Shown one piece after another: positions 24,251 to 36,865 of a stretch of DNA of 64,000 bases (its first letter is position 1; each line of letters begins with the position of its first letter). Both the position numbers and the translations under genes were made by a program. The notes below the pieces were generated by a model. The model was not told the DNA's origin. It did no database searches and was given only the letters and a program-made list of their open reading frames with translations. This DNA comes from Basidiobolus meristosporus CBS 931.73 (Eukaryota > Fungi > Basidiobolomycota). The stretch spans positions 1,505 to 65,504 of the forward strand of contig MCFE01000504.1 of the NCBI GenBank assembly GCA_002104905.1. The letters run 5' to 3'.

Positions 24251-26538
24251 ATTTGTAGAGGTTAGTAAGCAGGAGGCCATAGTTTCTTTTAATTCAAACT
24301 ATGTGTGGAATACCCAAGGTAGTGGTGGCCAAGCAAATAGAAAGGGGTGATTCTACAGTGAAATATATGAATTGCATAAGGAGAGATAGAGCTGAAATAC
24401 CATTTGGTAATTTGGTATGGTAGCATTGTATAGAACTAGCTGTAGGCTGCAATACTGCTGTGATAATGTCATTAGAGACCTGCAATGAGGCCATCAAAAC
24501 ACCATCAAGTTTTTACCATATAAGGCAACTAGATGCACTGGCCAGATAGATCTATTTGAAATAGTTGTAGAGCATATTAAGGCTGCCACAATGCCATGCA
24601 ATTATTGCTACAGCACCAATCAAACCCTGTCAAGTTTTTTAACATTATTGGGCTATAAAATTAGCTTAATGCCATTGTGATCATGTTATAAGATTGTTAA
24701 GATGGTCACTAATTCTAAGCTGCTGGTACTATGATGGTCTCCAAATGGGATCCTGATGGCTGATCCAGATTGGATCCACCTGCAAAACCAAATTATTTTT
24801 CATAGGGTAGGTAAAAATGGCTCCAAAAGGCCACTCAAACAAAAACTTAATCAGCCCATTCAGTCCTTGTAATTGTATTGCTGCATATGCATATGAATAT
24901 TGATTGAAGCTAGTGAGAAGTAACTTGGGTAGCATATACTCTGTAATATCTTACCAATTCTTTAAAGTTTCACTGGTATATTGAATGGCTTGTTCAGCTT
25001 GAAATGCCCTTTGTACAACTTGGTCATTGATATAGGGATACTATTGAAAAGAAAATGCATTCCTCCCAGTTGAAAGCTATTGCTCCAAAAGGGGCCTTCT
25101 ATCTTAAGTATCTCTTGTTTACAACTATTTCCAAATTTTGACCTATGATTTAAGACTTGCCAGCTTTGCTGCAATTGTAGGCTGACTACTCTATGTTCTC
25201 AGTGTGGGAAGATGATGCTCCTAGTGTTGGTGTTTAGATACTAATGATGTGTGTGTGTTATGGATTAAATCCCTGGATCTCACATATTCCACAGCATTAC
25301 CAGCCATTAAGCCCAGAAAAGCCAGCTATCTTGTTGACAGCTAGGGTATCTCCAATGCAGATGACAATATGCACTTTTATATGACTGCAATTTAGTAATG
25401 TTACAGGAAAGCATACATAATTCATCAAGCATTGGATGCATGAAGATGCCCAGGTTGGATGGTGATTTAGGATGTATCTCTCCCTTGGACTTATACACCA
25501 CCACTGTGCATATTATTATCTGCATTGGAAATACCCCAGCCATCAACAAGATAGCAGGCTTTTCTGAGCACAATGAACAATATGCTGTCAAATGTGTAAG
25601 ATCCTGGGGAATTAATCCATAACTCACACACATTAATATTACTCTAACACCAGCACTAAGAGCATTGTCTTTTTGCAGAGAGAATGTACCAAAGTCAGCA
25701 TGCAATTGCAGCAAAGTTAGCAAGCTATAAGCAATTGGCTGAAATGTGAATCATTTGGAAACCGGTGAAACTTAAGATGGAGGGTATCTGCTGGTGTAAA
25801 AGCTTTCCACTGGTGGCAATGCTTTTGCTTTTCAACCATATTTCTATACTGATGACCAAGTTGTACATGGGGCATTTTGAGCTAAATGAGCCCTTTGAGA
25901 TACTGGAGAAATTTGAAAGAATTGGCAAGATATTACATAATATCCACTATCCTAACTACTTCTCACAGGCTCCAATCAACATTAAGTGAAGTTGCAGGTA
26001 GTACCATATCCCAATCTCATCAAGAATATTATCTTCAAGTCTTTGATGGATATGATGAGTTGGCACATGGAGGACAGCCAGGATGAGCTGGAAAATACTG
26101 AAAACCAATGAAAGTATAGAGATACCTATTCCTATGGCATCAAGAAGCTAAGCAGCCCCAATGTGTGGGTAATCAGTAGGAGAGTTGTGTTGAGTGCAAC
26201 AAGCAACTAATTTTATTAGGAAAACTCTACCAAAGTATGCCAGGCTTCTCATGGTCACAAGCCAATTTCTACACCATTCAATATGGAATTCACACAAACA
26301 AGAGCCAGAGTGCACCTATAAGGGGGACTAGAATCCAGCAGGGAGATGGAATATACTTACTAAACACTGACAAGCTCTTTGTGGATATTCAAGAGGTATT
26401 TATGTTAGAAGTGGTGGCATTCAAGCATATATTTGCAAGATGTATGTTACCTAATAAGTAATGAAATACTTGCCATTACCACATATCACCTCAACTCTGA
26501 GTCTTTTTGGTGTGACGCTTGCAAAGTTACCATATATC

Positions 26539-27249
26539 AGCCTTGTTCCATAGGATATGCCACATTGAGCTATGAGTGTTAAATAGTGCTATTGTGTGCC
26601 AGAGAGTCATAGCAGACCTCAATTTAGCCACAGAGTGTATAACATGGCTTTTCATCCTCATGCAAAGCAGTCCCTGTGCTTCAATAACAATGCTTGAGAA
26701 AATCTATTTCTGTACCTTTTTTTTGGATCAATATTATGCAGGATGTGTAAGAGCACAAAAGGACTGAAAACATGTATCTGGTACTCAATACCTATGGCAC
26801 TCTGAATCTAGCTCTGGTGGTTTATATCATGTGACAAAAATGCATGGCACTCTCTTGGTCCACTGGAACTATCTGGCACTATAAGTGCTTTGTATAGGTT
26901 TTACTTTAGGGCTAGTATTTAAATATAGTGCCAGATAGTTCCATGCACTTTTGTAACATGATACAAGCCACAGAAGCTAGACTCAGAGTGCCATGGGTAT
27001 TGAGTACCAGATGCATGTCTTCAATTCTTTTGTGCTCTTGCACATCCTCCACAACATTGATCCAAAAAAAAGGTCAAAAAATAGATTTTCTCCAGCATTG
27101 TTGGTGAAACACAGGGGCTGCTTTGCATGAAGATGAAGAGCTATGTTTCACACTCTGTGGCCATGTAAATGCTTACTTGGCCTCCCTGGCACAGTATGGC
27201 ATCATTTGTCACTCATGGCTTGGTGTGGCTTATCCAATGGAACAAGTCT
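26539..27249. mobile_element. Foldback MITE copy 3
   Basis: Palindromic, termini AGCCTTGTTCC / GGAACAAGTCT, flanked by ATC on both sides, inside a tnp2 fragment. Confidence 0.9.
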
Positions 27250-28573
27250 ATCATGTATTGCTTGTGACATATACATCTTGCAAACCTATGCTGAGTTGCC
27301 ACCACATTTGCTATATATACCTCCTGAATATCCGCAAAGAACTTCTTGTCATTTAGCCAAAACTCCTTCTTGCTGCTGGACTCTAGTCCCCATTACAGGT
27401 GTGCTCTGGCTTTTGTTTGTGAGAATTCTGTATTGAATGGCATAGAAGCTGGCTTGTGACCTAGAGAAACCCAGCATACTTTGGTAAAGTTGTCCCAGTA
27501 AAAATTGGTTGCTTTTTGCACCCAACCCAACTTTTCATTACTTAACTGATTACCAGCACATTGGGGCTGCTTGGCTTCTTAATCCAAAAGGCAAAGGTGT
27601 CTCCATGTGCATATCTGTCCTCAGTATTTCCCAACTCTTCCTGGTAGTCCTACATGTACCAACTCATCACATCCAGGTCAGACTTGAAGGTATATTTCTG
27701 ATGAGATTGAGATATGGTAGTACCTGCAACTTGACTTGTCTTCCTATCTTTCCACACATCTGCTCCATAGGAAACTCCCAAAAGGTGATGCAAGGCCAAT
27801 ATTCTCCCTTCACCAAGTAGGATGGAGTAGAGGATGGATACAGTAGTGGCAGAGATTTTTGCATTCAGCCTTATACTTGCAGTATAGGTGCTCCTAATCC
27901 CATCACAAACTCCTTGCATAAAAGCTGTATATGCATCAAGTTGGCATTGGTAATCTGCTTCTGGATAAGTATTCCTACAATGCCAATATATGACTCTCAA
28001 TGCTTCCAATGTATTCTTGGTAGAAATGGCTTCAGAAGGCAGCCTGAAAAAACCATATCCAGCTCATGCAGTCCTAGCATTAGTATTGTCACATATGTGC
28101 ATGAATATTGATTGTGTCCTATGAGAAGTACTTTTGGTTGCAGATACTCTGTAATATCTTGCCAATTTTTTCTAATTTCTCCAGTATCTCAAAGGACACA
28201 TTTAACTTGAAATGCCCCATGTATAACTTGGTCATTAGTATAGGGATATTATTGAGGAGCAAATGCATTGCTCCCAGGGGAAGCTTTTGCTCTAGCAGAT
28301 ACACTCTATCTTAAGTATCTCTGTTTTTCAGTTTATTACATATTCCAGCCAATAGTTTATAGCTTAGCAGCTTTGCTGCAATTGCATCTTGACTACTGTA
28401 TGTTCTCTCTGTGGGAAGAAGAGGTTCTTAGTGTTGGTGCTTGGATAATAATAATGTGTGTGAGTTATGGAGCAAATCCCCTGGATCTCACACATTTGAC
28501 AGCAATACCATTCATTGTGTCCAGAAAAGCCAACTATCTTGCTGCTGACTGGGGTATCTCCAATGCAGATGTT

Positions 28574-29180
28574 AGACTTATTCCATTGCACCACACTAGG
28601 GCATGTGACATAATTCTTGGCTGCTAAGAATAATCAGGTGCAATGCTGTAGCTACAAGTAGGCAGGATTGCTCTTGAGCAATTTTGTACTCAGTGGGACA
28701 ATATTGCACACTATGGCACAATCTTACACTACAAGTTGGCACAATCATCCTGGACAACCACATTATGTTTGCATCACATGTGCAATTGGATACCACTATT
28801 ACGGTAGGTAAAATCCAGTATTTGAATATGTTTCTTTAATGTAAATGGAAATCAATGTGTATTACAATGTAATCTCTACTGATACCTATCATTTTGGTTA
28901 CCATCACTCTAATCAGACTGTGTGACAGCAATTGATTGGTCTAAAAGTTTTCTGAAGCTGTGAGCCCCCAATTAGCTCATTGACCAATACACAAGCTACC
29001 TGATTTGTCATCATATATCCCATTTTACCCATTGAGCAAGTAAATCCCTGATTTTAGTAATTGGACTAGGTGTCATAGCTAGCATGCAATCAATTGGGTA
29101 GGTGCAAAACAGATCAAATAGCTGCATTAGTATTACAGATGATTTATAAGTATGAAGGGTGCTTATTTATAGGGGTTCTG
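28574..29180 (-). mobile_element. Inverted, more decayed right end of the Pangu-like element
   Basis: Starts AGACTTATTCCATTG; reverse complement of ~14710-15318 with many CG-to-TG/CA differences. Confidence 0.85.
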
Positions 29181-30135
29181 AGAGAAGTTGGTGATTATCA
29201 CCAGTTAATGCCCCAATCTAGATAAGTCTGAATCCTGCAATAGCAAAGAAGAAACACTAACAAGTCAACAGCAGCTTTAGCAAGTGTGTCAAGGTTGGCC
29301 AGTTGAGCTACACTCCTATGATTTGGATGAGCATGCAGAGAAAGGCCATTTGTCTACTATAACATTCACAGCATCCATTGTGAACTGAGTGGCAATCCCA
29401 CTGGCAAGCAATGCAACAATTGGAAGAAACCAAAGGACTCCCAAAATGCATGTAGTGGAGTTTTGGAGCAGTAATACATGCACCAAATGGTTGCTATACA
29501 TCTTTAAGAGCAGTGCATAAAAACATGCTCTTGAATGTTGCCAGTATTTATTTCAAAGACTGGCAAATGAGGTTCTAGACCTTGCAGTGCTGGCACAAGA
29601 CCAGAATGTATTGGAGCCAGTGAAAAAGCAATGCCATAAAGCCACAGAGTTTGCCCTAAAGCCATAGAACAAGGATTCTAAGGTACAGACACTCATTAAA
29701 TGGTGGTTTGAATGGAGTTACTTTTGAGTGTGAGGTTAGACTTAATATTGGTGATGGTTATAGGTACTTTTATAGGTCAGTGCAATCTACAAATGAGTAA
29801 TATCTGAAGATTAAACAGAAATGAGCCAACTTGTATACATGAAAAGTAAGAGCACTTGTGCAGTTGGTATGTATAGCATATGAAAAAGAGGCAATAACCC
29901 ATCAATCTACATAACTGAGTGTCCAGGATCAGAAAGTGAGGGAAATGGCATAGGTCCAATCAAGAGCAACCTGGGACCCTATGTTGAAAATTTTGGCCAA
30001 TTATTTTGCAAAATCTGAGGTGCATTTTTCTAGCAGTTTTTGTGCAGTGTCCTAATAGCATCAACACCTCTTGGTCACAGGATTTAAATTTAGTGACTGC
30101 CTTTTGATGAGATGATTACCATTATCATTATAGGG

Positions 30136-30850
30136 TTTGTATAGTGTCTTGTGCTCAGGAGGGCTATCAGTACTGTTAATGACTTGATCAGCTTCTCTGA
30201 CTGGTGGTAGGTCTACAAGTTCATTTGAAACCATATCCAAATATTACTTTAAAAAAGCCTGAATTATATCCTTCACTGAGGTGCAAGTCACTGTTGGTAC
30301 TTTTGGCAGTATCAATGCAATTATTCTTCAAAAGGGGTCAGTTCTATTTGCTCAATATATGGATGATCTTATTACAACTTTTATACCTTTTTGGTGCAGT
30401 GAAGTTTATGGAATGGAATTGCATTTGAAGCCAACCAGCTACATTGCCTGGTCAAAAGGTAATGTGTATTAAGATTGAATTTCCTGGAGTTGTCCACTTG
30501 AATTATGTTCCTGTCTTTGCATGATTATTCAAGCCAACCTTGGGGCCTGCCTACCATTCTGAGGATACTTGGATTCATTTAATGGATTCAGAATCCTCCA
30601 CCACTGAAGCCATGATGGAAAGGGCTTTGACATTCACCAATTGGATGGTGGATATAGTCAAGAAATACTGAAAAGTAGTGTTGTATATCTGATGACACTT
30701 GGTTTGACAAACAAACACAAATCCAAACAATTACCAAAAAAGCCTACCGCACTGCCACTCCACTACCAACCGCCCAATGATGTGTTTGTGGTACCCAGTG
30801 CGGACCGCAAAGCAATGATCAAGGCAACATGCCATCACTAGTACATTTTA
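30136..30850 (+). mobile_element. Highly degenerate retroelement-like remnant
   Basis: CpG-poor with broken frames; weak resemblance to the gypsy RNase H-integrase linker. Confidence 0.3.
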
Positions 30851-32202
30851 GTGTGGTATCACTTCATTTCCGCAACCTCGCAGGATGACATGCTATGAAT
30901 AGGCCCAATTCGTATTCCACATGATGACCCTAGAAAGTCAGCTAGAATCTGTTACTCTGTATACCATTGAGTGCAGCCATGGCAAAGCGGTTGATAGTCC
31001 AACTGCATGTCGTTTACCTGCGGTGCTATGATGCATGGGTGAAAGCGTGACCATTCTAACATTGCAAGAAGCCATATCCATTTCCTTGGGGATACGATTG
31101 AATTGCACGTCGTTTGCAATCGATCATGTGGATGGTTCTATCGGAAGGGAAATGATCTGCTTGAGCACGTATTTCAAGAAGATTGATTATGCTAATGTCT
31201 TGGCTATCTAGATATTCTTTAGTTGAACGATCCCCATGTACATATATGTATGCAACCTAGCACAGATGGATCAATTTGGTGCTTTCCAGTTCTCTGTGGC
31301 CAGTGAATTCAGGCTGAGACGAGCCTCTTTCAGCACCAGGAAGCATACTCCCAATGTGGAAACATATCTACAAATAAATACATGATATGCCATATTCGAG
31401 CTATAAAGACCTGCTTGCGTTCCTAAGATCCGAATCCACCGATGTTTCCATATTCTTTAAAAACACCGTTGAGTGATGGCTCTCCGGCTGATATCGTTGT
31501 TGCCTGTTGGCAGGGGCCTCAACAGTCCATATATACGGGAAGCTAGCATTCATCGAGTATCGAGGCTATTTTTCATTTTGGGGAGTTTCAGAATATCCCC
31601 AAATGCCCAGAACCGAGATCGGGGATAGCTATTGGTGGTGTTGGGGGGGGTCTCAGCTGCCCATACTGGAGCGCTTTATCGTTGACTAATTCAGGTTATT
31701 GTTAAGTATACAAAAGCGAGGGGCCGACCCATAGGCGTCTGATATGATTAGCAAGACTCCAAGGACGCCACTTTTCACGTGCAAGAGCCTTTGCCTAATG
31801 GCAGGGTGATCTCAGGCCAAGCGGATCGTCGGTCTCTGCATGTCAGGGGAATAAGAAATCGTTAACATATGAATTTCTCCCATCGCATTCAGTGAGTGGT
31901 CCCCCGGTGTGGGCGAATCGCTGTGCATTCCTTCAAACCTGCTTGAAGGTACAAAAGGCGAATTACTTCAGCCAAGTTTAGAAGGTCAATTGATTAGTGA
32001 CCACGCGCAACTGCCGCTCTACCTCCCATATATGGGCCTAAAGTAGGCTATCATCCAGGGCACCCTGTCACAACTGTGGGGTAATATTTCATCGAGCCCA
32101 TCCTCTACCATCAGGCCATGAGTCAGCGTTGCTCAAAATTGGTTCCGTCTTTATATTTTTACCCGCTGGGCAATCAATGTTTCAAGTGTTCACTGGTCAA
32201 TG

Positions 32203-32209
32203 TGACTCA
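32203..32209. promoter_or_regulatory. Second TGACTCA motif upstream of ILV2
   Basis: Exact TGACTCA ~830 bp upstream of the ILV2 ATG. Confidence 0.25.
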
Positions 32210-32641
32210 CTGCAAGGTGCATTTCCTCGCAATCAATACACTAAGCACAAACCACCTCAGCATAACACCGTATGAGACAACATAAGCGGAGGCTGGTGCT
32301 AGACGCGTACAGTGGGTGTCGTATTTGTTGTCCACACCCAGGTGGTAGCGGATTGCTGTGCTCCTCCCCTTGATGGTCCCCCGGGTAGGTATCGCTGGGT
32401 AACGGAGCGCGGTAAGGAACCTGAAAAGGCATTCCTCTTGTTTCTCATTCATGTGCATGATTGCTTTCATCCACCATATCACTCCACCTCGATACTACGT
32501 AACACATTGCTGCTCCAGATTGGGTAGATGTCTTTAATCCTTATGATACGGCTGACATAGAGTTACGGCTGTTACGGTTCGAGTGGGGTTGGATTCAGCG
32601 ACTGTACAATCACATCCTCGGTGAATAATCCCCACTCAGAG

Positions 32642-32648
32642 TGACTCA
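32642..32648. promoter_or_regulatory. Candidate Gcn4/CpcA (AP-1-type) site upstream of ILV2
   Basis: GTGACTCAT ~390 bp upstream of the ATG; ILV2 is a known general amino-acid-control target in yeast. Confidence 0.35.
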
Positions 32649-33034
32649 TGATGGGCCAATAACAGCTTGAGCTATACATCCATACAATTAATCACGTCTG
32701 CATGCACTCGCTGCTTCATTTCAATTCAAGTTGTTTCTCCCAATTTATGTCAGCAAGCCCAACTCTATTTGTTTCAAAGATATTCTATTGTTACTGATTG
32801 AGCTATCCAAACTCCGGCTTAATTTTCCCAAAAAGAGGTAATATAGGGGATCAACCCGAAGCCTGTTTTCACACTGATCTTATAAATTTCCTTTGTTTTC
32901 CTTGTTTGCCCACATCGACTTGGCTTTTGAATTGTTTGTCAACGAAAGAGTGTTTGCTTGGTTGACTTGCAAATCGCGTACGCTTAGTTGTTGATTAGTC
33001 TATTGTTCTTGCTACATCCCATATAATTCACAAG

Positions 33035-35065
33035 ATGCTTTCGTCAAGGTTTGCAGGGCAGATGCGTCAGCGCGCATCTCTGCTTCTGAGCCCGTCACGA
33101 AGATATATGCCTGCCGCCTGTTTCTCTGGGCGGCATCGATTCAAGAGCACTGTTAGGTTGGTAGATCAGCATATCTCTCTATTGACCGTACATTGACTTC
33201 TTTCTAGCGCTCGACCGGCCCACGAAAGTGCAGTTACTTCGACCACTCCTCTCTCGGATCCTCGTCTCGAGCCTATTAATCCTCAGCATCGCCCCATACA
33301 TGAGAATTCTTTTGTTGGAATGTCCGGCGGTCAAATATTTCATGAAATGATGCTCCGTCATGGTGTGGAGCACATTTTCGGGTACCCCGGTGGTGCCATC
33401 CTCCCCGTCTTCGATGCTATCCATGATTCGAAGAATTTTGAGTTCATCTTGCCAAGGCACGAGCAGGGTGCTGGGCATATGGCTGAAGGGTATGCCCGAG
33501 CCACTGGTAAACCTGGTGTTGTTCTTGTGACTTCAGGCCCTGGAGCTACGAATGTTATCACACCGCTGCAGGATGCACTCTCCGATGGCCTACCCTTGGT
33601 AGTATTCTGCGGTCAAGTTCCCACATCTGCTATCGGAACGGATGCTTTCCAGGAAGCTGATGTGGTGGGCATTTCCAGATCATGTACAAAATGGAACGTG
33701 ATGGTTAAAGATATCAACGAGCTCCCTCGCCGCATTAATGAGGCATTTGAGATTGCCACCTCTGGACGCCCCGGCCCGGTATTGGTTGACTTGCCAAAGG
33801 ATGTTACGGCCGGTATTTTAACAAAGCCCATACCGATTAAGCCTTCACTTCCCACTCGGCCATGGAATCTCCATTATGACTCGGAAAAAATCAACAACTC
33901 CATCACCAAGGCAGCCAAAATGATTAACCAGGCGAAATCACCAGTGATTTACGCCGGCGCAGGTCTCTTGAATCATCCGGAAGGACCTGCTTTGCTGAAA
34001 CAGCTAGCAGATAATGGCAATATTCCAGTGACTACAACACTACAAGGTTTAGGTGTATACGATGAATTGGATGAGAAGAGCCTTCATATGCTTGGTATGC
34101 ATGGTTCGACTTATGCCAATCTTGCCATGCAATCTGCAGATGTAATTATCGCCCTCGGCGCGCGTTTCGATGATCGCGTTACTGGTAATCTGAAAAAATT
34201 TGCACCCGTTGCACAGCAAGCTGCCTTGGACGGTCGAGGCGGATTCATTCATTTTGAGATTATGCCAAAGAATATCAACAAAGTCGTGCAAGTCACGGAA
34301 GCTATCGAAGGAGATGTTACTGAGAACCTAGCCAGAATCCTCCCGATGATCAAGAATGTGCAGCGAGATGCATGGTTCAGTAAAATCAATACTTGGAGAA
34401 AGAAGTATCCCTTCGTGTATCCTGACGATGCACCAGAGGGAAAAATGAAGCCTCAGGCTGTTCTTGAAGAACTCAACCGTCAAATAGAACCTCTGAAAGA
34501 GAAGGTAACTATTACTACTGGTGTAGGGCAGCATCAAATGTGGGCGGCACAATATATACGCTGGAGACATCCACGGAGATTCATCACCTCCGGGGGGTTG
34601 GGGACCATGGGCTTTGGACTTCCCTCTGCTATCGGCGCGAAGGTAGCCAAACCAGACCATATCGTAATTGATATTGATGGGGATGCCTCATTTTCTATGA
34701 CTGGCATGGAGTTGGCTACTGCCGCCCAGTATAACATCGGTGTAAAGGTGCTCATTTTGAATAACGATTTCCAAGGTATGGTAAAGCAATGGCAAGATCT
34801 TTTCTATGAGGAAAGATACTCTGGTACTGTTATGCACAATCCGGACTTTGTCAAGCTAGCCGAAGCAATGGGATGCAGGGGTATCCGTTGTGACAATATG
34901 AAGGATCTTCCAAGTAAAATGAAGGAATTCCTGGAATGTACAGAGCCCGTCGTTTTTGATGCTCGTGTAGACAAGGCTGAACACGTATATCCTATGGTCC
35001 CTGCTGGGAAGGCATTGCATGAAATGGTCCTGGACAAATCACTCACCATGGATGAATTCAACTGA
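33035..35065 (+). CDS. ILV2: Acetolactate synthase catalytic subunit, mitochondrial; join(33035..33156,33208..35065)
   Basis: FGYPGGAILPVFD, RHEQGAGHMAEGYA, TSGPGATN, GMHG, TSGGLGTMGFGLP, DGDASFSM, NNDFQGMV; Arg/Ser-rich transit peptide in exon 1; 51-bp GT..AG intron restores frame. Confidence 0.96.
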
Positions 35066-35135
35066 TCAGTCATTTTTCACATGGCTAAACACCACTTGAT
35101 TTATTTTGACCTTTGATTGCCAATCCTCGCCAGCC

Positions 35136-35154
35136 TATATATATATATATATAT
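35136..35154. repeat. (TA)n microsatellite downstream of ILV2
   Basis: About 9.5 TA units visible. Confidence 0.9.
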
Positions 35155-35734
35155 GCACTTGTCTTATAAATAAGCATCCACGCTTCAGCCACTAACCACT
35201 GCCTAATCAATCATTTACATATAATTAATACTCATCAAAATTATGCAATAAATAATAAAAATATCCATATCCTATGTGAGAAGAGGCCAAAGACTAAATT
35301 CTCGTAGAGTATCATACATACGGTATATGGCAAGCATTAGGCAAGTAGGCCACAGACGTTTCTAGTGTCTACGGCCCCCGATGGAGTTTAATCCTCAACT
35401 CAGTCAATCTATGGAATGACTTATGGCACGACTCGACCTGCCCATACACTATCCCTGCGATTCGAAATCTCCCACAAGGCGCAAATATTCCATCTTTATC
35501 AAGCGGAAATCAACTCATTTATTTGGTTTAGTCAATGGTAAGGATAAGGATAAGCTTACTTAACCTCCTGCTGTGAGACCCCAATCGAGGCTGACAAGGG
35601 AAGGGAGGGGAAGCAAGCGAATCAAAAGGTTTAGGGATAACGGCTACGGTAGGTGAAGAGGCATGGTTAAGAGGGGAGGAGAGAAGGCCATACCCATCCC
35701 CCAACATTCTAGTGATATGCGGAATGGAGAAGGC

Positions 35735-35998
35735 CTATTCCCGCTCGTGGGCACCAGCCTTGGAGTTCAGGTACTCGTGACGGGCCACTCCCCAGCTGTA
35801 AACGGTGTAGAAGATGATGGCACCGGGGGCTATCCAGGGGATCTGGGCGACGAAACGACGATAGGTCTTGAAGAGACCGTTCTTGAGTACACCAGCGAAG
35901 GCGCGTTGCTCGTATGGGGAGAGTGAGTACGAGATGATGCCACGTTGAGTAGGTCCACCAAGGTGACCCCAGTTACCCATCCATTTTCCACCGCCCAT
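35735..35998 (-). CDS. QCR8: Cytochrome b-c1 complex subunit 8
   Basis: 87 aa: WMGNWGHLGGPTQRGIISYSLSPYEQRAFAG, one TM helix, HEYLNSKAG; all typical of Qcr8. Confidence 0.92.
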   Translation of the reverse strand: MGGGKWMGNWGHLGGPTQRGIISYSLSPYEQRAFAGVLKNGLFKTYRRFVAQIPWIAPGAIIFYTVYSWGVARHEYLNSKAGAHERE

Positions 35999-36865
35999 TG
36001 TTCAAGGTTGTTTCTGCTGAGGCAGCAATCGAAGGAAAAGCAAGTGGTTAGCTCCTGTCTGGGACACTCAACGTCAAGAGTGAAAGTGAGGGCCGCTTAC
36101 CAAGAGAACGTGTGTGTGCGTGTGTGTAGTGCAGCGAAAAGGCGGGACTACGGTTGTGAGTCGCTGAGACAGATGGAAATTTCACGGTTTGGTGACAACC
36201 CCCACCCCATATGTAATGGGAAGGATTTTTTTTTGGTCACCTTCCCCAACCATTTACCATCTTGGGCTGATCCCGATCCCATGGTCATCCCTCCCTCCCT
36301 CCCCCCGCGCCATTCCGCGGCGGGGGATTGGAAGGGATCTAACGGATTTCTTCACCTCGTCCATATCTTCCTCACGACCGATCGGTTTTCTACTAAGAAT
36401 TGGATTGGGTACCTCAACTGAGATCATTACATCCGGATCTGATCCTACACTCGATCCGAATCCCAACTGCGAATCCAATCCCGATTCTAGATGCAAACTT
36501 CAGCTCAGACAGGTTGAAACTGAGGAGCTTGGGTACGGTTGGTCTCGAACCGACCGAGTTACACCCACCGCACTATATTCACCACAGTGGATCAGTGGAT
36601 TCCTTGTGCACGTAATCCATTCTGAATTGGCAGGTGCCACTGGGTGTGTGGCGTGTTGGTAGGACACCGTGATTTCGCCGGATAAAACCATCGGTTGAAC
36701 GATGGCGGCGTGAGGACAAAATGCAAGATACGGTCCGTAGGAGAGGAAACCCTCCCCACTGGTGGAGTGGGCAGAATGTGAAGTGGGGTTTTATTATATC
36801 TCGATGCGAAAAAGTGGGCATACACAGGCCGAGATGTTGGCTGCTCGCAGTCCAATCAAGGACAT

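Larger units (their letters stand above)
24250..30135. mobile_element. Cluster of CACTA fragments in alternating orientation, ending in a right TIR
   Basis: 24250-24807 is the inverted left end (TIR ends CATAGGG at 24807); 24808-25471, ~25505-26460 and ~26480-28573 are tnp2 pieces on alternating strands; ~29190-30135 matches 10250-11076 plus 15319-15471 and ends TTATAGGG. Confidence 0.8.

Noticed and set aside
32207-32527. Short Cys-containing ORFs upstream of ILV2
   Set aside because: Three overlapping frames with no recognisable domain or splice support.
33358-35073. Several minus-strand ORFs
   Set aside because: Antisense shadows of ILV2.
35680-35720. 5S rRNA-like GGCCATACC
   Set aside because: Only 9 bases match; nothing downstream fits 5S. 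It lies in the QCR8 3' region.
36525-36600. tRNA-like GGTTCGAGACC on the minus strand, and hairpin CCATCG-GTTGAA-CGATGG near 36690
   Set aside because: T-arm stem is imperfect and no matching acceptor 5' strand or D-arm was found; no tRNA, tRNA-Sec or SECIS could be built.
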